This document shows, one piece after another, positions 1-10,505 of a stretch of 64,000 nt of DNA. This stretch comes from Plasmodiophora brassicae (taxonomy: Eukaryota): assembly GCA_036867785.1 (NCBI GenBank), contig CP145422.1:186001-250000 (forward strand), written 5' to 3'. Under the pieces are notes generated by a model. The model did no database searches and was not told the origin of the DNA. It was given only the letters and a program-made list of their open reading frames with translations. Every line of letters starts with the position of its first letter. Within the stretch, counting starts at the first letter, position 1. The position numbers and the translations under genes are program-made.

Positions 1-511
1 CAACACGCCACCGACGATCAGGTCGCCAGGAGTATTCGCTGCCGCGCCTGCCTGCCGATGTTCTGACACCGATCTGGATCGTCCAGCGTTTACATGGTCG
101 GCCTCATGATGCAGTGGATCGAATCCATGGGCGGCGTGGACGCCCTGGGCAAGATTAACGACGCCAAAGCGTCGGCGCTGTACGACGCCATCGACGGGTC
201 GCGCCTGTTCAAGTCGGTCCTGTCACCTGCATCACAGATGGTACCTGGCTTACGATTTCGGTGCCGCCAGATGCTCTGTCTCCAGAAACTGCCGAAGCCG
301 AATGAATGTCGTCTTCACTATTAATGGCGACTGCAGCGGCGAACTGCTTCGCTCATTCCTATCCGAGGCGGAATCGAACGGCATGGTCGGCCTCGCCGGC
401 CACAGGTCGGTTGGCGGCGTTCGTGCCTCGTTGTACAACGCCGTCTCGAAGGACAACGTCGACCAGCTCATCCAGTTCATGAAGGACTTTGAATCACGTC
501 ACCTCCCGTGA
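1..511 (+). CDS. PSAT1: Phosphoserine aminotransferase, 3' part (spliced; 5' end outside window)
   Basis: NTPPT motif at window start, KASALYDAID, RSRMNVVF and GHRSVGGVRASLYNA motifs; two short GT-AG introns (~22-87, ~213-269); stop at 511. Confidence 0.93.
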
Positions 512-705
512 CGTTCTTCGGTTCCCGTAATATAGCACCGCGTGCCTGTTGTCGTTGATGCTGTAAGCCCGGAAGTCAAACGATCCGCTCTGCAACCTCT
601 GCACCGCTCTCGTTGCTCCCTGACTGATCAGCTGAGGCGTGGGCGACATCACCCGACCGCATTTGCGAGATTCTTCACAGGTCGCCACCAGATCGTGAAT
701 CATGC

Positions 706-3390
706 ATGGACGTGTGCCAGGGTGGATCGAGGCGCGTCCACATTATCTGTCAGGTTGCGCCTGGCGACGTCGGTCGCCCCTCCTGCATGGACGCCGACGC
801 CATCGGGAAATCGAAATCGGCCAACAGCGGCCTACCGATCCTGAAGCGCCAGGGGACGTTCGTGCAGAAATCCGGCGGGAAAACGGAACAGTTATCCCTG
901 GCCGATGTCCCACGTCGCCGCGGCAGTGCCGACGCATCGCCCAGGGCCATCCTGGCCAGCCTGCAGAACCGCCCAATGCCCGAGAAGGCCGACATCGTCA
1001 CCGAAAGCGACGAGGAAGCCGCGCAAGACACATTCGTGATGCCAGCGGCGCCGGTCCGCATGAAGAGCGGCCCGCCCATGCTGAAACGCCAGGGGACCTT
1101 CGTCCAGAAGTCGGGTGGCGCCTCCGAAGAGGTCGACCTGTCGGAGACGCCCAGGCGACGATCGTCCTCTGGCAACGACGAAGAAGCCAAGGCCATCATC
1201 GAGCTGAAGCGCCAACGATCGCATGGCCTTGACGACGCGCAGACCGATCAGCAGCAGCAGCAGCAGCAGCAGATGCAGGACGATATGATTGCCGAGGCCG
1301 ATGAAGAAGAAGAACCAACGGCGGGCGCTGATGCGTTCGAGATGCCGGCGCCGAGCCGCGCCAAGAAAGGGCCGCCCGTCCTGAAACGCCAGGGGACGTT
1401 CGTCCAGAAATCCGGGGGCGGCTCCGAGCAGATCGACCTCACCGAAGCGTCGCCCAGGCGGCGGTCGTCTTCGGGCAGCGACGACGAGACGAAGTCCATC
1501 CAGGAGCTTAAGCGGCAACGATCGCAGGGCCTGGACAAATTGGATGACGTTGTCCAGGAGAGCGACAGTGACGAGGCGGAGGAGGAGCAGGAACAGGTTG
1601 AATTGGTGCGCCCCAGGCCGACGGAGCGGCCTGTGCCGAGGCTGCCGCTCAAGCCAGCACCGATGATGAAGCGTCAGGGAACGTTCATCCAGAAGAAGAA
1701 CGGCGCTGCCGAAGCGATCGAGATCCCGTTGTCGCCGACGCATGCGAGCGACAGCGTCGAGGTCGTCGCCGATATTCGACGCCGTAAGGACAGCAACAAC
1801 AGCGTCGTCGATGCCGTCGAGGAGGCCGATAGCGAAGAAGACAACGATGGACCAGCGGATTCTGCCCAGGAGGTGCCGCCAGCAGGCGCAGCTACTGACG
1901 GTAAGATCGGACATCCGGCAACGATGAACCGAAAGGGGACGTTCTTCCAGTCATCATCGGGAGTCAGTTCTGCGATCTCGCTCTCGATGGACCTGCTCGT
2001 TGCGCACGACAGTCGACGACTGTCCGCTATTGCTGACAGCGAGGCCGACGGAGACGAAGACGACGCCGACGCGGGAACGCGAACCCCAGATGACACCGGA
2101 TCGGACCACGAGACGCGCCGTCGGTCGCTAAGCGATGCGGAGACCGGGGCGTCAAGTACGAGCCCAAAGTCGTCGCTGGGGAGCAGCGCGGGTGGCGCCG
2201 ACCTGACTGCCACGGTCGTGGAGTCCATGGCATTGAACCATTCGACGGCCCGGCCAGCAGCAGCCTCCGCGTACCAGCGTAAGGGCACGTTCGTCCAGAC
2301 GGCGAACGGCGCTGCCGGTGCCATTCTGCTATCAAAGTCGGCGCCAGTCGGGCTCTCTGCAATGAACCTGGACACGGCCTGCGATGCGATCGCCGAGGAG
2401 GACGCTGCGGAACAGCACCCACCGTCTGCAGAACAGCCGCTGCCATCAACAACAGAACAGCAGCTGCAACCTGCGAAACCGTCACCTGCCCCGACAAATG
2501 GCGTGAACGATGGCGTCACAAACCGGCGCAGCTCCTTAACCAAGAGTCATCCTTCGGTGCAGGATCCGCCCCGTGGCAAGGTTGACAAGGCGAAACGAGC
2601 GGCGTACCTGTCCAACAGAAAAGGGACGTTCGCGGCCAACGAACAGGGCAAGATGATCAAAGTCGCGTTGCAGGACCAAGATTCTGACATGATGGTGAAG
2701 AAGCGCGCGGGTGGTGCCGGGCTCGGGCGCGTTGTTGAGCAAACTGCTGGGGACACGGAGGAGGAGATTCCGCGGCCGAAGGCGCCGAGTGTGATCGTTA
2801 CGAAGAGTGAGAGCCGGCGGCTCGTCGCCAGCGCCCGAGGCCCTACGCATGATCGGCAGCACACGTTCATGATGTCGAGTCATGGGTCGATGTCGAAGAT
2901 AACGCTCGGGAATGCAACAACGGAAGCTGGCGATCTGACGAACGTACACGGGCTGGAGGAGGATAACGACGTGGCACCGTCAGTCTCCCAGACGGCCAGG
3001 AAGCCGCTGACATCACCACGGCCGGTTGCCGAACCCATACTCAGGATGTTCGAAGAGGCGGACAGGGACCGGAGGGAACGTCAGACCGAGTTGAGAAGAG
3101 TGGATCGTCACCGCCGCCGAAGCGTACACTCGGCGCATTGCCGCAAGTTATCGTCGCCATCGTCGCTGAACGTGCAGGGCAAACACCTAATGTCGCCGAA
3201 GGCGTTGGACCCAGCGGAATACCTGTCACGGCCGACCAAGGCGGAACGATTCGTCCAGACGTACAACGTGTATGCGACATCGGCCGTCGACATGGAGAAG
3301 CGCATCGTGCAACGGCATGCCCGGAACCCGTCCAAGGTCTCAATAACCGGGCACGCGCTGGCCGCGAAACCGCGGCGAGGCACGAACTAG
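706..3390 (+). CDS. 894-aa low-complexity acidic/Ser-rich protein with 8 repeated (L/M)xR(Q/K)GTF motifs
   Basis: Long uninterrupted ORF; LKRQGTFVQKSGG x3 plus five degenerate copies; poly-Gln (CAG)8 at ~1249-1272. Confidence 0.75.
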   Translation: MDVCQGGSRRVHIICQVAPGDVGRPSCMDADAIGKSKSANSGLPILKRQGTFVQKSGGKTEQLSLADVPRRRGSADASPRAILASLQNRPMPEKADIVTESDEEAAQDTFVMPAAPVRMKSGPPMLKRQGTFVQKSGGASEEVDLSETPRRRSSSGNDEEAKAIIELKRQRSHGLDDAQTDQQQQQQQQMQDDMIAEADEEEEPTAGADAFEMPAPSRAKKGPPVLKRQGTFVQKSGGGSEQIDLTEASPRRRSSSGSDDETKSIQELKRQRSQGLDKLDDVVQESDSDEAEEEQEQVELVRPRPTERPVPRLPLKPAPMMKRQGTFIQKKNGAAEAIEIPLSPTHASDSVEVVADIRRRKDSNNSVVDAVEEADSEEDNDGPADSAQEVPPAGAATDGKIGHPATMNRKGTFFQSSSGVSSAISLSMDLLVAHDSRRLSAIADSEADGDEDDADAGTRTPDDTGSDHETRRRSLSDAETGASSTSPKSSLGSSAGGADLTATVVESMALNHSTARPAAASAYQRKGTFVQTANGAAGAILLSKSAPVGLSAMNLDTACDAIAEEDAAEQHPPSAEQPLPSTTEQQLQPAKPSPAPTNGVNDGVTNRRSSLTKSHPSVQDPPRGKVDKAKRAAYLSNRKGTFAANEQGKMIKVALQDQDSDMMVKKRAGGAGLGRVVEQTAGDTEEEIPRPKAPSVIVTKSESRRLVASARGPTHDRQHTFMMSSHGSMSKITLGNATTEAGDLTNVHGLEEDNDVAPSVSQTARKPLTSPRPVAEPILRMFEEADRDRRERQTELRRVDRHRRRSVHSAHCRKLSSPSSLNVQGKHLMSPKALDPAEYLSRPTKAERFVQTYNVYATSAVDMEKRIVQRHARNPSKVSITGHALAAKPRRGTN

Positions 3391-3583
3391 GCAGGACGTT
3401 GATAACCATTAAAGTACAACCATATTATGTTGACGCATCGAAATGCATCAGGTGCCCGCGCAGAAACAGGACGGCCCCGAAAACGTTTACGGCCCAGCGC
3501 AAAAACGTCCTCACGTTTTGTCGTTATTTTTTGTCGCGAAGCAGCGTTACTTTACATTTTTTGGGGTCGTTGTCGTTCGCCGA

Positions 3584-5180
3584 ATGGACGACGCGGATGA
3601 TGATTTCCGCGACATCCAGGTGAATGCGGCCGCGGTGAGCGTCCTGCAGCGGCGGCAATCAGGCGCGGCCGCCAACGCGCGCCCGGGCGGGACCGACGAC
3701 ACCGAGTCGGATCGGTGTTTCGACCGGACGTCGGATTCCGAGGGCATATCGGACAGCAGCCACGGGCCGCGGTCGACGTCGTCGTTCAACAGCGCGTCGA
3801 CGAAGGAGCTGGCGGCGTTGAACGTCACGCTCAGCGATGACGATGACAGCGTTGCGAAACTGTCGCTGAACGACAACGCGTTGAACTCGTTCGCCGTGAA
3901 GCAAATGGCGGCTGCGTCCGCGGCGACCGCCGACGCCGCCGACGTTGACGCGTTCTCGAGCGGCGACCCGTTCGACAACCTCACCGATTCCGAATCAGGC
4001 GCCGCCAGGAGCGTGGCCGCCGCCGACGATGACTCGCGGATGATCCACAGCCTCGCCGAGCGCGGCGAATTCCTCCTCGACGACCTCGTCGACGGCTTCG
4101 TTCAGGTGCGGTCCTCGTTTGATGTCGTTTCTCGAACGTTCGCTGTTCAAAACTGCGAAGCTGCACACGCAGCAGCGCGGTTCACCGGTTCGTTCAAATA
4201 CCGTTTTCGCGTTCCGTCGCGCTTTGCATCTTCGGTATCCGAACACGAAACCGGAATACTGAGTGACGCTCTCGTGCGTAGGCGGAGGCGCGGTACAATG
4301 ACTATTTCAAGGGTGTGCTGGGCACCGGTCGCGTGCAGGCGCTGCTGGCGCCGACGACCAAGGTTGTGATCCCGGAGCAGCTGCAGGTGGATTTCATAAG
4401 GCTGAGGTCATCGACGACGACGACGACGACGACGACCGGGGACGACTCGCTGGTGGATCAGTACAAGGCGATGCTGACGGCCTGTATTGAGCAGCACGTT
4501 GATGGGATCAACGCCAGTGCGAATCGCCGAAGGTCGATGGGGCGGAGACGGCCTCGTCGGGAGGAGTTTGATCATTCGCCGCACAATGCCGACGTGCATA
4601 ACAGTGTGCAGGCGTTCCTGGGAGCCGTCACGTCGTCATTCGCCGAGCTCGTTGCCCGTCTGGAATCGAATCGCACGATGAAACTCGTCGACGAGCGCCT
4701 GCAGTCGCTGCAAGACACCGTTGCCGAGCACATCCATCACGAGGCGTATTCCGGGGACGCGTCATCACCGAATTCCGTCGAGCATCGCCTAGCAACACTG
4801 GGTACGCCTGCGGTCCGGTCGTGATCCGGGGGGCGCTGACTGATTGCATGAGGGCAGCTCAGGTCGTATCGGGAATGGAAGCCCAGGTCGTCCGCTCCGT
4901 GAAAGCCGAGATGGCGACCGTGATGGCTGGCCACGATCAAATGATTCGCGACCTAACATCCGCCATGAAGGAGATGACGGCGGCGACCGGCGAGGTCGCC
5001 AAAGGGTTCAGCAGGGCTGCCCGTGGCCGCGTGCAGGCCTGCGATGACCGGTCCGGCAGACCCAGCTGGTTCCTCTTCGTTCTCCTTCAGGTTCTCCTGC
5101 TCGTTGCCCTCTGGTTGCTATTCTTCGATGATCGCTTCATGTCCACCGTCCAATGGCGATTACATCCCTCCCTGTCATAA
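3584..5180 (+). CDS. Hypothetical protein, acidic N-terminus, coiled-coil-like middle, C-terminal transmembrane anchor
   Basis: Introns 4106-4281 and 4802-4857 join three ORFs in frame; hydrophobic WFLFVLLQVLLLVALWLLFF followed by a 17-aa tail. Confidence 0.65.
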
Positions 5181-5410
5181 ATTATCGTTGTCCCACCTGC
5201 TGCTCTTACCCGTATGCACGACAGAGTGTGCTGCACCATGACGACTGAAGATTGGCGGGGAGCCCGGGAATGGTGACTGGGGCGTTGGACGGGGAGAGGG
5301 GACTGGGGCGGCGATCTGACTCGCAAAACTTGTATGCGCAGTCAATCGCACAAACTTGCGCCAGTTGCGCACTTTGTACTGTGCGAGCGGCTCCCAAAGG
5401 TCTCCGGGGG

Positions 5411-5500
5411 CCGGTTACCTAACCGCGGTTGACTGGTCCTGCTCTGGAGCTTAACCGGTTAGCCGTGGTCTTCGGTTAACCGGTTAACCGGTAACCGGGA
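5411..5500. repeat. Cluster of overlapping palindromic GGTTAACC/AACCGGTT motifs
   Basis: ccggttacctaaccgcggtt...ttaaccggttagcc...cggttaaccggttaaccggtaaccgg seen directly. Confidence 0.6.
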
Positions 5501-5662
5501 CCGCAAAATGGGCATACCTACCGGTAGGTACAGCGCACTGTTTGGGCACGTCGCATACAATCATACAGAAGGGAACGGTCCCGCGCCGGACCCGCAAAGC
5601 CACTAATTTGGACTGGGACGTCGGGGGGCCACGCCGTCGACGCGGCTACACGCAGGTGACCA

Positions 5663-6309
5663 ATGGCGTCGCCGTCGGAGCCCGAACCCGGTCAGCAGGT
5701 TTGCGAGCAGAGGCCGACGAGGAAGCGCGCGTTCCGGTTCAAGGTGCATCATGATGTGCATCTGCTGAAGGAGGTGATGGTGCACCAGCCATGGGCGGCG
5801 TTGCCGCATAGAGACATCAAGGCGAAATGGAAGATGATCGCCGACGGCGTATCGAATTACGCCAAGTGTCCGGCCAGGCCGGTTGCTACGAGGCGTCGGT
5901 TCGACGCGTTGATAGCTGCGTTCCGCAACAAGCAGATGGACCTGCTCCGCGCTGCCGGGGCGGAGGAGGAATTCGACGAGCGAGCGCGCCTTCTGGCCAA
6001 TGTAGAACAGCAGGTAGGCGCAGCATTCATTCGTGATCGGTTCGATACGATTCCATATCATGCGTTCAGGTCAGTGACGCCGAACGCAAACCGGTTGTTC
6101 TCATATGGGGATCGGCGACGCCGACCATGGGCGTCACCGTGGCACATGCGGCAACAGGCGAAGCCCCTGGGACCAGACCGGACCGGTCGAGCACATCGAC
6201 GAATGACAGTGCACCAGCCAAGCGACCTAGGGTGGATGATGGCTCTGCACCGGGCAGCAGGGCAGACGTCAACGCGGACGTGGACGACCGCTGCAACGCC
6301 TGTCCCTGA
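5663..6309 (+). CDS. Myb/SANT-like DNA-binding protein of the type associated with PIF/Harbinger transposons
   Basis: FKVHHDVHLLKEV..HQPW...KWKMIA...TRRRFDALI...AGAEEEFDERARLL pattern; intron 6014-6069 joins in frame to ORF 6127-6309, which contains PAKRPR (NLS-like). Confidence 0.65.
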
Positions 6310-6689
6310 ATTGGAGGACCCGGCCATTGTGATTCGGTCCCGATCATCAGCAGGTGGTGGTCGGGAATAAAGAACCCGCGCGTTGTAACTGGAGCTGCAC
6401 ACGCGTGCAGAGTCGCAGCGGCCACTGACGTAACGCTGAACGATGTCCACACCAGTTTATATCCGACGACGACGACGACGAACGATCCCGCTTGTGGGCA
6501 TCATTTGCCGGATTTGGATTTGCCGGGGACCCGGTGGCCGAGGTCTTCGAGGCAGCCGGCCAGCGTACTCAGGTCGGGCCTGCCGGTCGTCCGGGAGCGC
6601 CGATGCTCGGCGATCCGCTGATCCATGGTCTTCATCGCCTCCGCGATCATCTCCTTTCTGCGTGGTGATCTGTCACGATGTGAACGGCA

Positions 6690-7210
6690 GCGGGAACGAG
6701 CCGGACGCACCGTTTCTCAATGGAGGCGTGCCGTTTGTGGCCCTTGAGCGCCTGCGGGACCCATTGCGACGGCGGGTTCGTCAGCGGCTCCCAGGGCCAC
6801 GGCTGCCCAGCCAGGATCGTCTCCTTGCGAAGGTCGGCGATGTTCCGCCTGGACAGCCGGGGCTTCCGCCATCGTCCTTTGACCAGCGTCGGCTTCTACG
6901 CCCGGGGGCCAGCGCGTCAGAATCCGCAGTAACCCCCACGATGCGGGCCTGCCCCTACCATGTCGTCCGGCATATTGTACTTCTTGCCGGACACGGACAG
7001 CCATTCGGCGAAGCCTCGCCCGCCCGCCGATGACGCCCGCCCCGCACGGATCGGCGTGGACAGCGCCCTGATCATCATCGACGGCCACGGCGTTAGTATG
7101 AGGCGCGCACGCGCCGGCCACGGCCTGTCGGGCACCGCCGTGCCCCGAGTCGTTCGTACACCCGGGCCACGATGCAAACAACGTCACCCGCAACTCTGTG
7201 GTACAACACT
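6690..7210 (-). pseudogene. Degenerate PIF/Harbinger (DDE_Tnp_4-like) transposase fragments
   Basis: CCTTELRVTLFASWPGCTNDS (cf. WPGSxHD) at ~7147-7209 and LVKGRWR (cf. LKGRWR) at ~6867-6887 in different frames, convergent with the Myb/SANT gene. Confidence 0.55.
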
Positions 7211-7535
7211 ATCGGGGGGAGGCAGCCGCCTGCCGCCATTCGCGTAATGTCTGTGTGCACGCGCCCTCTGACCCGCGTCACAAGTTGGCCAGTGTACCAG
7301 TCGGTCGGCCCCTCGCGTCCGCCCGAGAGGCACCCGGTCGACCAACGGGGCTCTCCCTTCGTCACCGTCGTCTCGTTCCGTGTACTCGTACCGACACGCC
7401 GTCGGCTGACTGCGTTTATTTGGTGCAGCGAGCCGAAGCGGGGTGCGGCGTCGGGGGGTGGATCGGCGTTGCCGCTGCACGTCGCGAAAGGGGACGCCCC
7501 GACGCGGACTTTCCCGCACCGGGGCGCGCACGACG

Positions 7536-8813
7536 ATGGATTCGACGTCGACGCAGCTGGCGGCGGCGCTGGAGCCGCTGGCGGTGTCGTCGAAGCGGAA
7601 GGCGGCGCAGGGCGACGGCGCTGCTGCTGCTGCTGCTGCTGCTGAGAAGCGGTCGCGGCCGTCGCGGACCGTGCTGGTGTTCGGCACGGGCGAGTGCGCG
7701 CAGCTGGGCCTCGGCGAGGACCGCCTGGAGCGGAAGTTCCCGACCCGCGTCGACCTGCCGGACACGGTCGCCAGGATCGAGTGCGGCGGCAGCCACTCCG
7801 TTGTCGTTACCGACGACGGCGCCCTGTGGACCTGGGGCTGCAACGACGAGAAGGCGCTGGGTCGGACCGGGGACGAATGGGTCCCCGGGCCCGTGTCGCT
7901 GTCCGTCCACATTGTCAAAGTGTCCGCTGGCGATTCGCATTCGCTGGCGCTCAGCCAGGACGGCGTCGTCTACGCGTGGGGCGCCTACCGGGACGCACAG
8001 GGCATGATGGGGTTCACGCCGGGTACCGAGGAACCGTCCGCCGCGCCGACTCCGATGAAGTTCGGCACGCGACGCCTGCGTGCCGTCGATATCGCGTCCG
8101 GCGCGAACCATTCCCTGGCGCTGCTTGAAAACGGCGACATGTACGAATGGGGCCACATTCGCATTGGGCAGAAGTACGGGGCACCATGTGCGCGTATCGT
8201 CACCCGGGTGGCTGACTGTTGTGGCAGAGTGTTCCGCCATCGTCGCGGTGGCCTGCTCGTGCCTCGTCTGGTGAACGTCAAGAGGACCGAGAAGTTGGTG
8301 AAGATCTTCGCCGGCGCGTACCACAGCTGGGCGGTGTCCAAGTCGGGCAAGGTGTTCGCCGTGGGTCTCAACCAGTACTGCCAGGCCGGCCTGGACGGTC
8401 CCGAGAACCTGCACGCGCTGACGTACGTTCCCGGCCTCGACGGCGCCCTCAAGCTGTCCGGCGGCCTGCACCACTCCCTGGCGTTGCTGCCATCCGGCCA
8501 GGTGTACGCGTTCGGCAGGAACAATTACGGCGAGCTCGGCATGAACGACCTGAACGAGCGGAGGACGCCGACGCTCGTCCCGGGCCTGAAGGACATCGCC
8601 GAAGTCGCCTGTGGGAGCACGCACTCGCTGGCCGTCGACAAGGACGGCCACGTGTACTCGTGCGGGTTCGGCGACCAGCTGCAACTCGGCAGCGGGTCCG
8701 TCGAGGATCGCAAGTCGTTCGAACGGGTCGGCGGCGCTGCCCTCGAAGCGCTTCGCGTCGTCTCCGCGTCCGCCGGGTCGCAGTTCACGCTTCTCCTCGC
8801 CGAACCGCGTTAG
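7536..8813 (+). CDS. RCC1: Regulator of chromosome condensation RCC1 (7-bladed beta-propeller)
   Basis: Repeated (V/I)xCGxxHS...G.VYxWG motifs; VFGTGECAQLGLG; N-terminal KRK...KRSR NLS-like; probable in-frame intron ~8174-8228. Confidence 0.88.
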   Translation: MDSTSTQLAAALEPLAVSSKRKAAQGDGAAAAAAAAEKRSRPSRTVLVFGTGECAQLGLGEDRLERKFPTRVDLPDTVARIECGGSHSVVVTDDGALWTWGCNDEKALGRTGDEWVPGPVSLSVHIVKVSAGDSHSLALSQDGVVYAWGAYRDAQGMMGFTPGTEEPSAAPTPMKFGTRRLRAVDIASGANHSLALLENGDMYEWGHIRIGQKYGAPCARIVTRVADCCGRVFRHRRGGLLVPRLVNVKRTEKLVKIFAGAYHSWAVSKSGKVFAVGLNQYCQAGLDGPENLHALTYVPGLDGALKLSGGLHHSLALLPSGQVYAFGRNNYGELGMNDLNERRTPTLVPGLKDIAEVACGSTHSLAVDKDGHVYSCGFGDQLQLGSGSVEDRKSFERVGGAALEALRVVSASAGSQFTLLLAEPR

Positions 8814-8995
8814 CCAGGGGCGCGCGGCACCATTGACCTACCGTACGACCTGGGTGCATACACAATACACACACAGTGCAATATGCATCGACGATGCGCG
8901 GATGTGATATTATTAGGGCGCGCTGTCATATATGCGCGTGAGGTAGTCCGCCACGGACACCGCGGTGGGCTGGGCAGACCAGTGTGACTCTAACC

Positions 8996-10215
8996 ATGTC
9001 GGCTGCCCGCCCGCTTGTCAGCGTCCAGAACGGCGATGCGAAGCCGATCGCCATGCCGGCCGTGTTCCTGGCGCCGATCCGTGCGGACGTCGTCCACTTT
9101 GTGCACACGAACATGAACAAGAACCACCGCCAGCCGTACGCCGTCAACGCCATGTCCGGCATGCAGCACTCGGCCGAGTCGTGGGGCACGGGCCGTGCCG
9201 TGTCGCGTATCCCGCGTGTCAGCGGCAGCGGCACGCACCGCGCCGGCCAGGCTGCGTTCGGCAACATGTGCCGCAAGGGTCGCATGTTCGCCCCGACCAA
9301 GGTCTGGCGCAAGTGGCACCGCAAGATCAACGTGAACCAGCGCCGTTACGCGGTCGCGTCCGCCCTGGCCGCTTCCGCCGTGCCCTCCCTCGTCATGGCG
9401 CGTGGCCACCGCATCAACGAGGTCAACGAGATCCCGCTGGTCGTCGCGGGCGCCGAAGGCGTGAAGAAGACCGCCAAGGCCGTCGAGCTCCTGAAGACCG
9501 TTGGCGCCTACGTCGACGTCGAGAAGGCCAAGATGTCGCGCCAGATCCGCACTGGTCGTGGCAAGATGCGCGGCCGTCGCCACGTCATTCGTCGTGGCCC
9601 GCTCATCGTCTACAACAAGGACAACGGCATCACGAAGGCGTTCCGCAACCTTCCTGGTGTCGACCTTGTTCAGGTTCGCTTCGCGTGGCTTCCCTCGCTC
9701 GGGTTGTAGCTTTAGCGTCCGTTTCTGCCTAGGTTGAGAGGCTGAACCTCCTGCAGCTGGCTCCCGGTGGTCACCTGGGCCGTTTCATCGTCTGGACGGA
9801 GGCGGCGTTCAAGCGCCTGGACGAGATCTTCGGCACGCAGAAGCGCGCGTCGTCGACCCGTGTCTCATACCACCTGCCGCGCGCGCAGGTCACCAACGCC
9901 GACATCGGCCGCATCATCAACTCGGATGAAGTCCAGTCCGTCGTCCGCCCGGCCAAGCCGCAGACGCGTCGCTGGACGATGAAGAAGAACCCGCTGAAGA
10001 ATCTGGGCGCTCTGGTCAAGCTGAACCCGTACGCGCTGACGCTCCGTCGCCAGGAGCTTCTGTCGCTGGAGCGCAAGCGGGCCGCGAAGGCGGCCGCCAA
10101 GGACGGCAAGGTGCCCAAGTCGCCCGCCCAGAAGAAGGTGGATGCCATCAAGAAGAAGCACAAGCCGAGCCAGGCCGCCTTCTACAAGAACGTCCTCGTC
10201 GGCCAGTCCGTCTAA
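8996..10215 (+). CDS. RPL4: 60S ribosomal protein L4 (uL4)
   Basis: [48 protein letters not shown]; intron 9674-9732. Confidence 0.98.
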
Positions 10216-10505
10216 GCGACGCGTACAGTAAAACCTGTGCATCCACCCCTGTCTTCGTTGTGGATTACTCGGTGGGCTCTGACCCGTTGCCTGGAAGTGG
10301 TGCCCCGGGTGCACGTTAGTCCACGATGGCAACGTCCTTCGGGATGGCTTCTTGCGCTCACACTATCGCATGGATACGTGGAGGCTATTATTTTACCTGC
10401 GTGCGGGCGGGTCCCTCCGACCTTCCGATCCGGCGGCAGCTTTGCGGTTAAAAGTGCGTGTGGATTCGAGTGCGCCTCGTGAGGTCCCCCTCCATTGCTA
10501 TAAGT

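Noticed and set aside
7416-8684. Long antisense and alternate-frame ORFs over RCC1, RPL4, NMO and the ankyrin genes
   Set aside because: Expected shadows of GC3-rich coding sequence; no motifs
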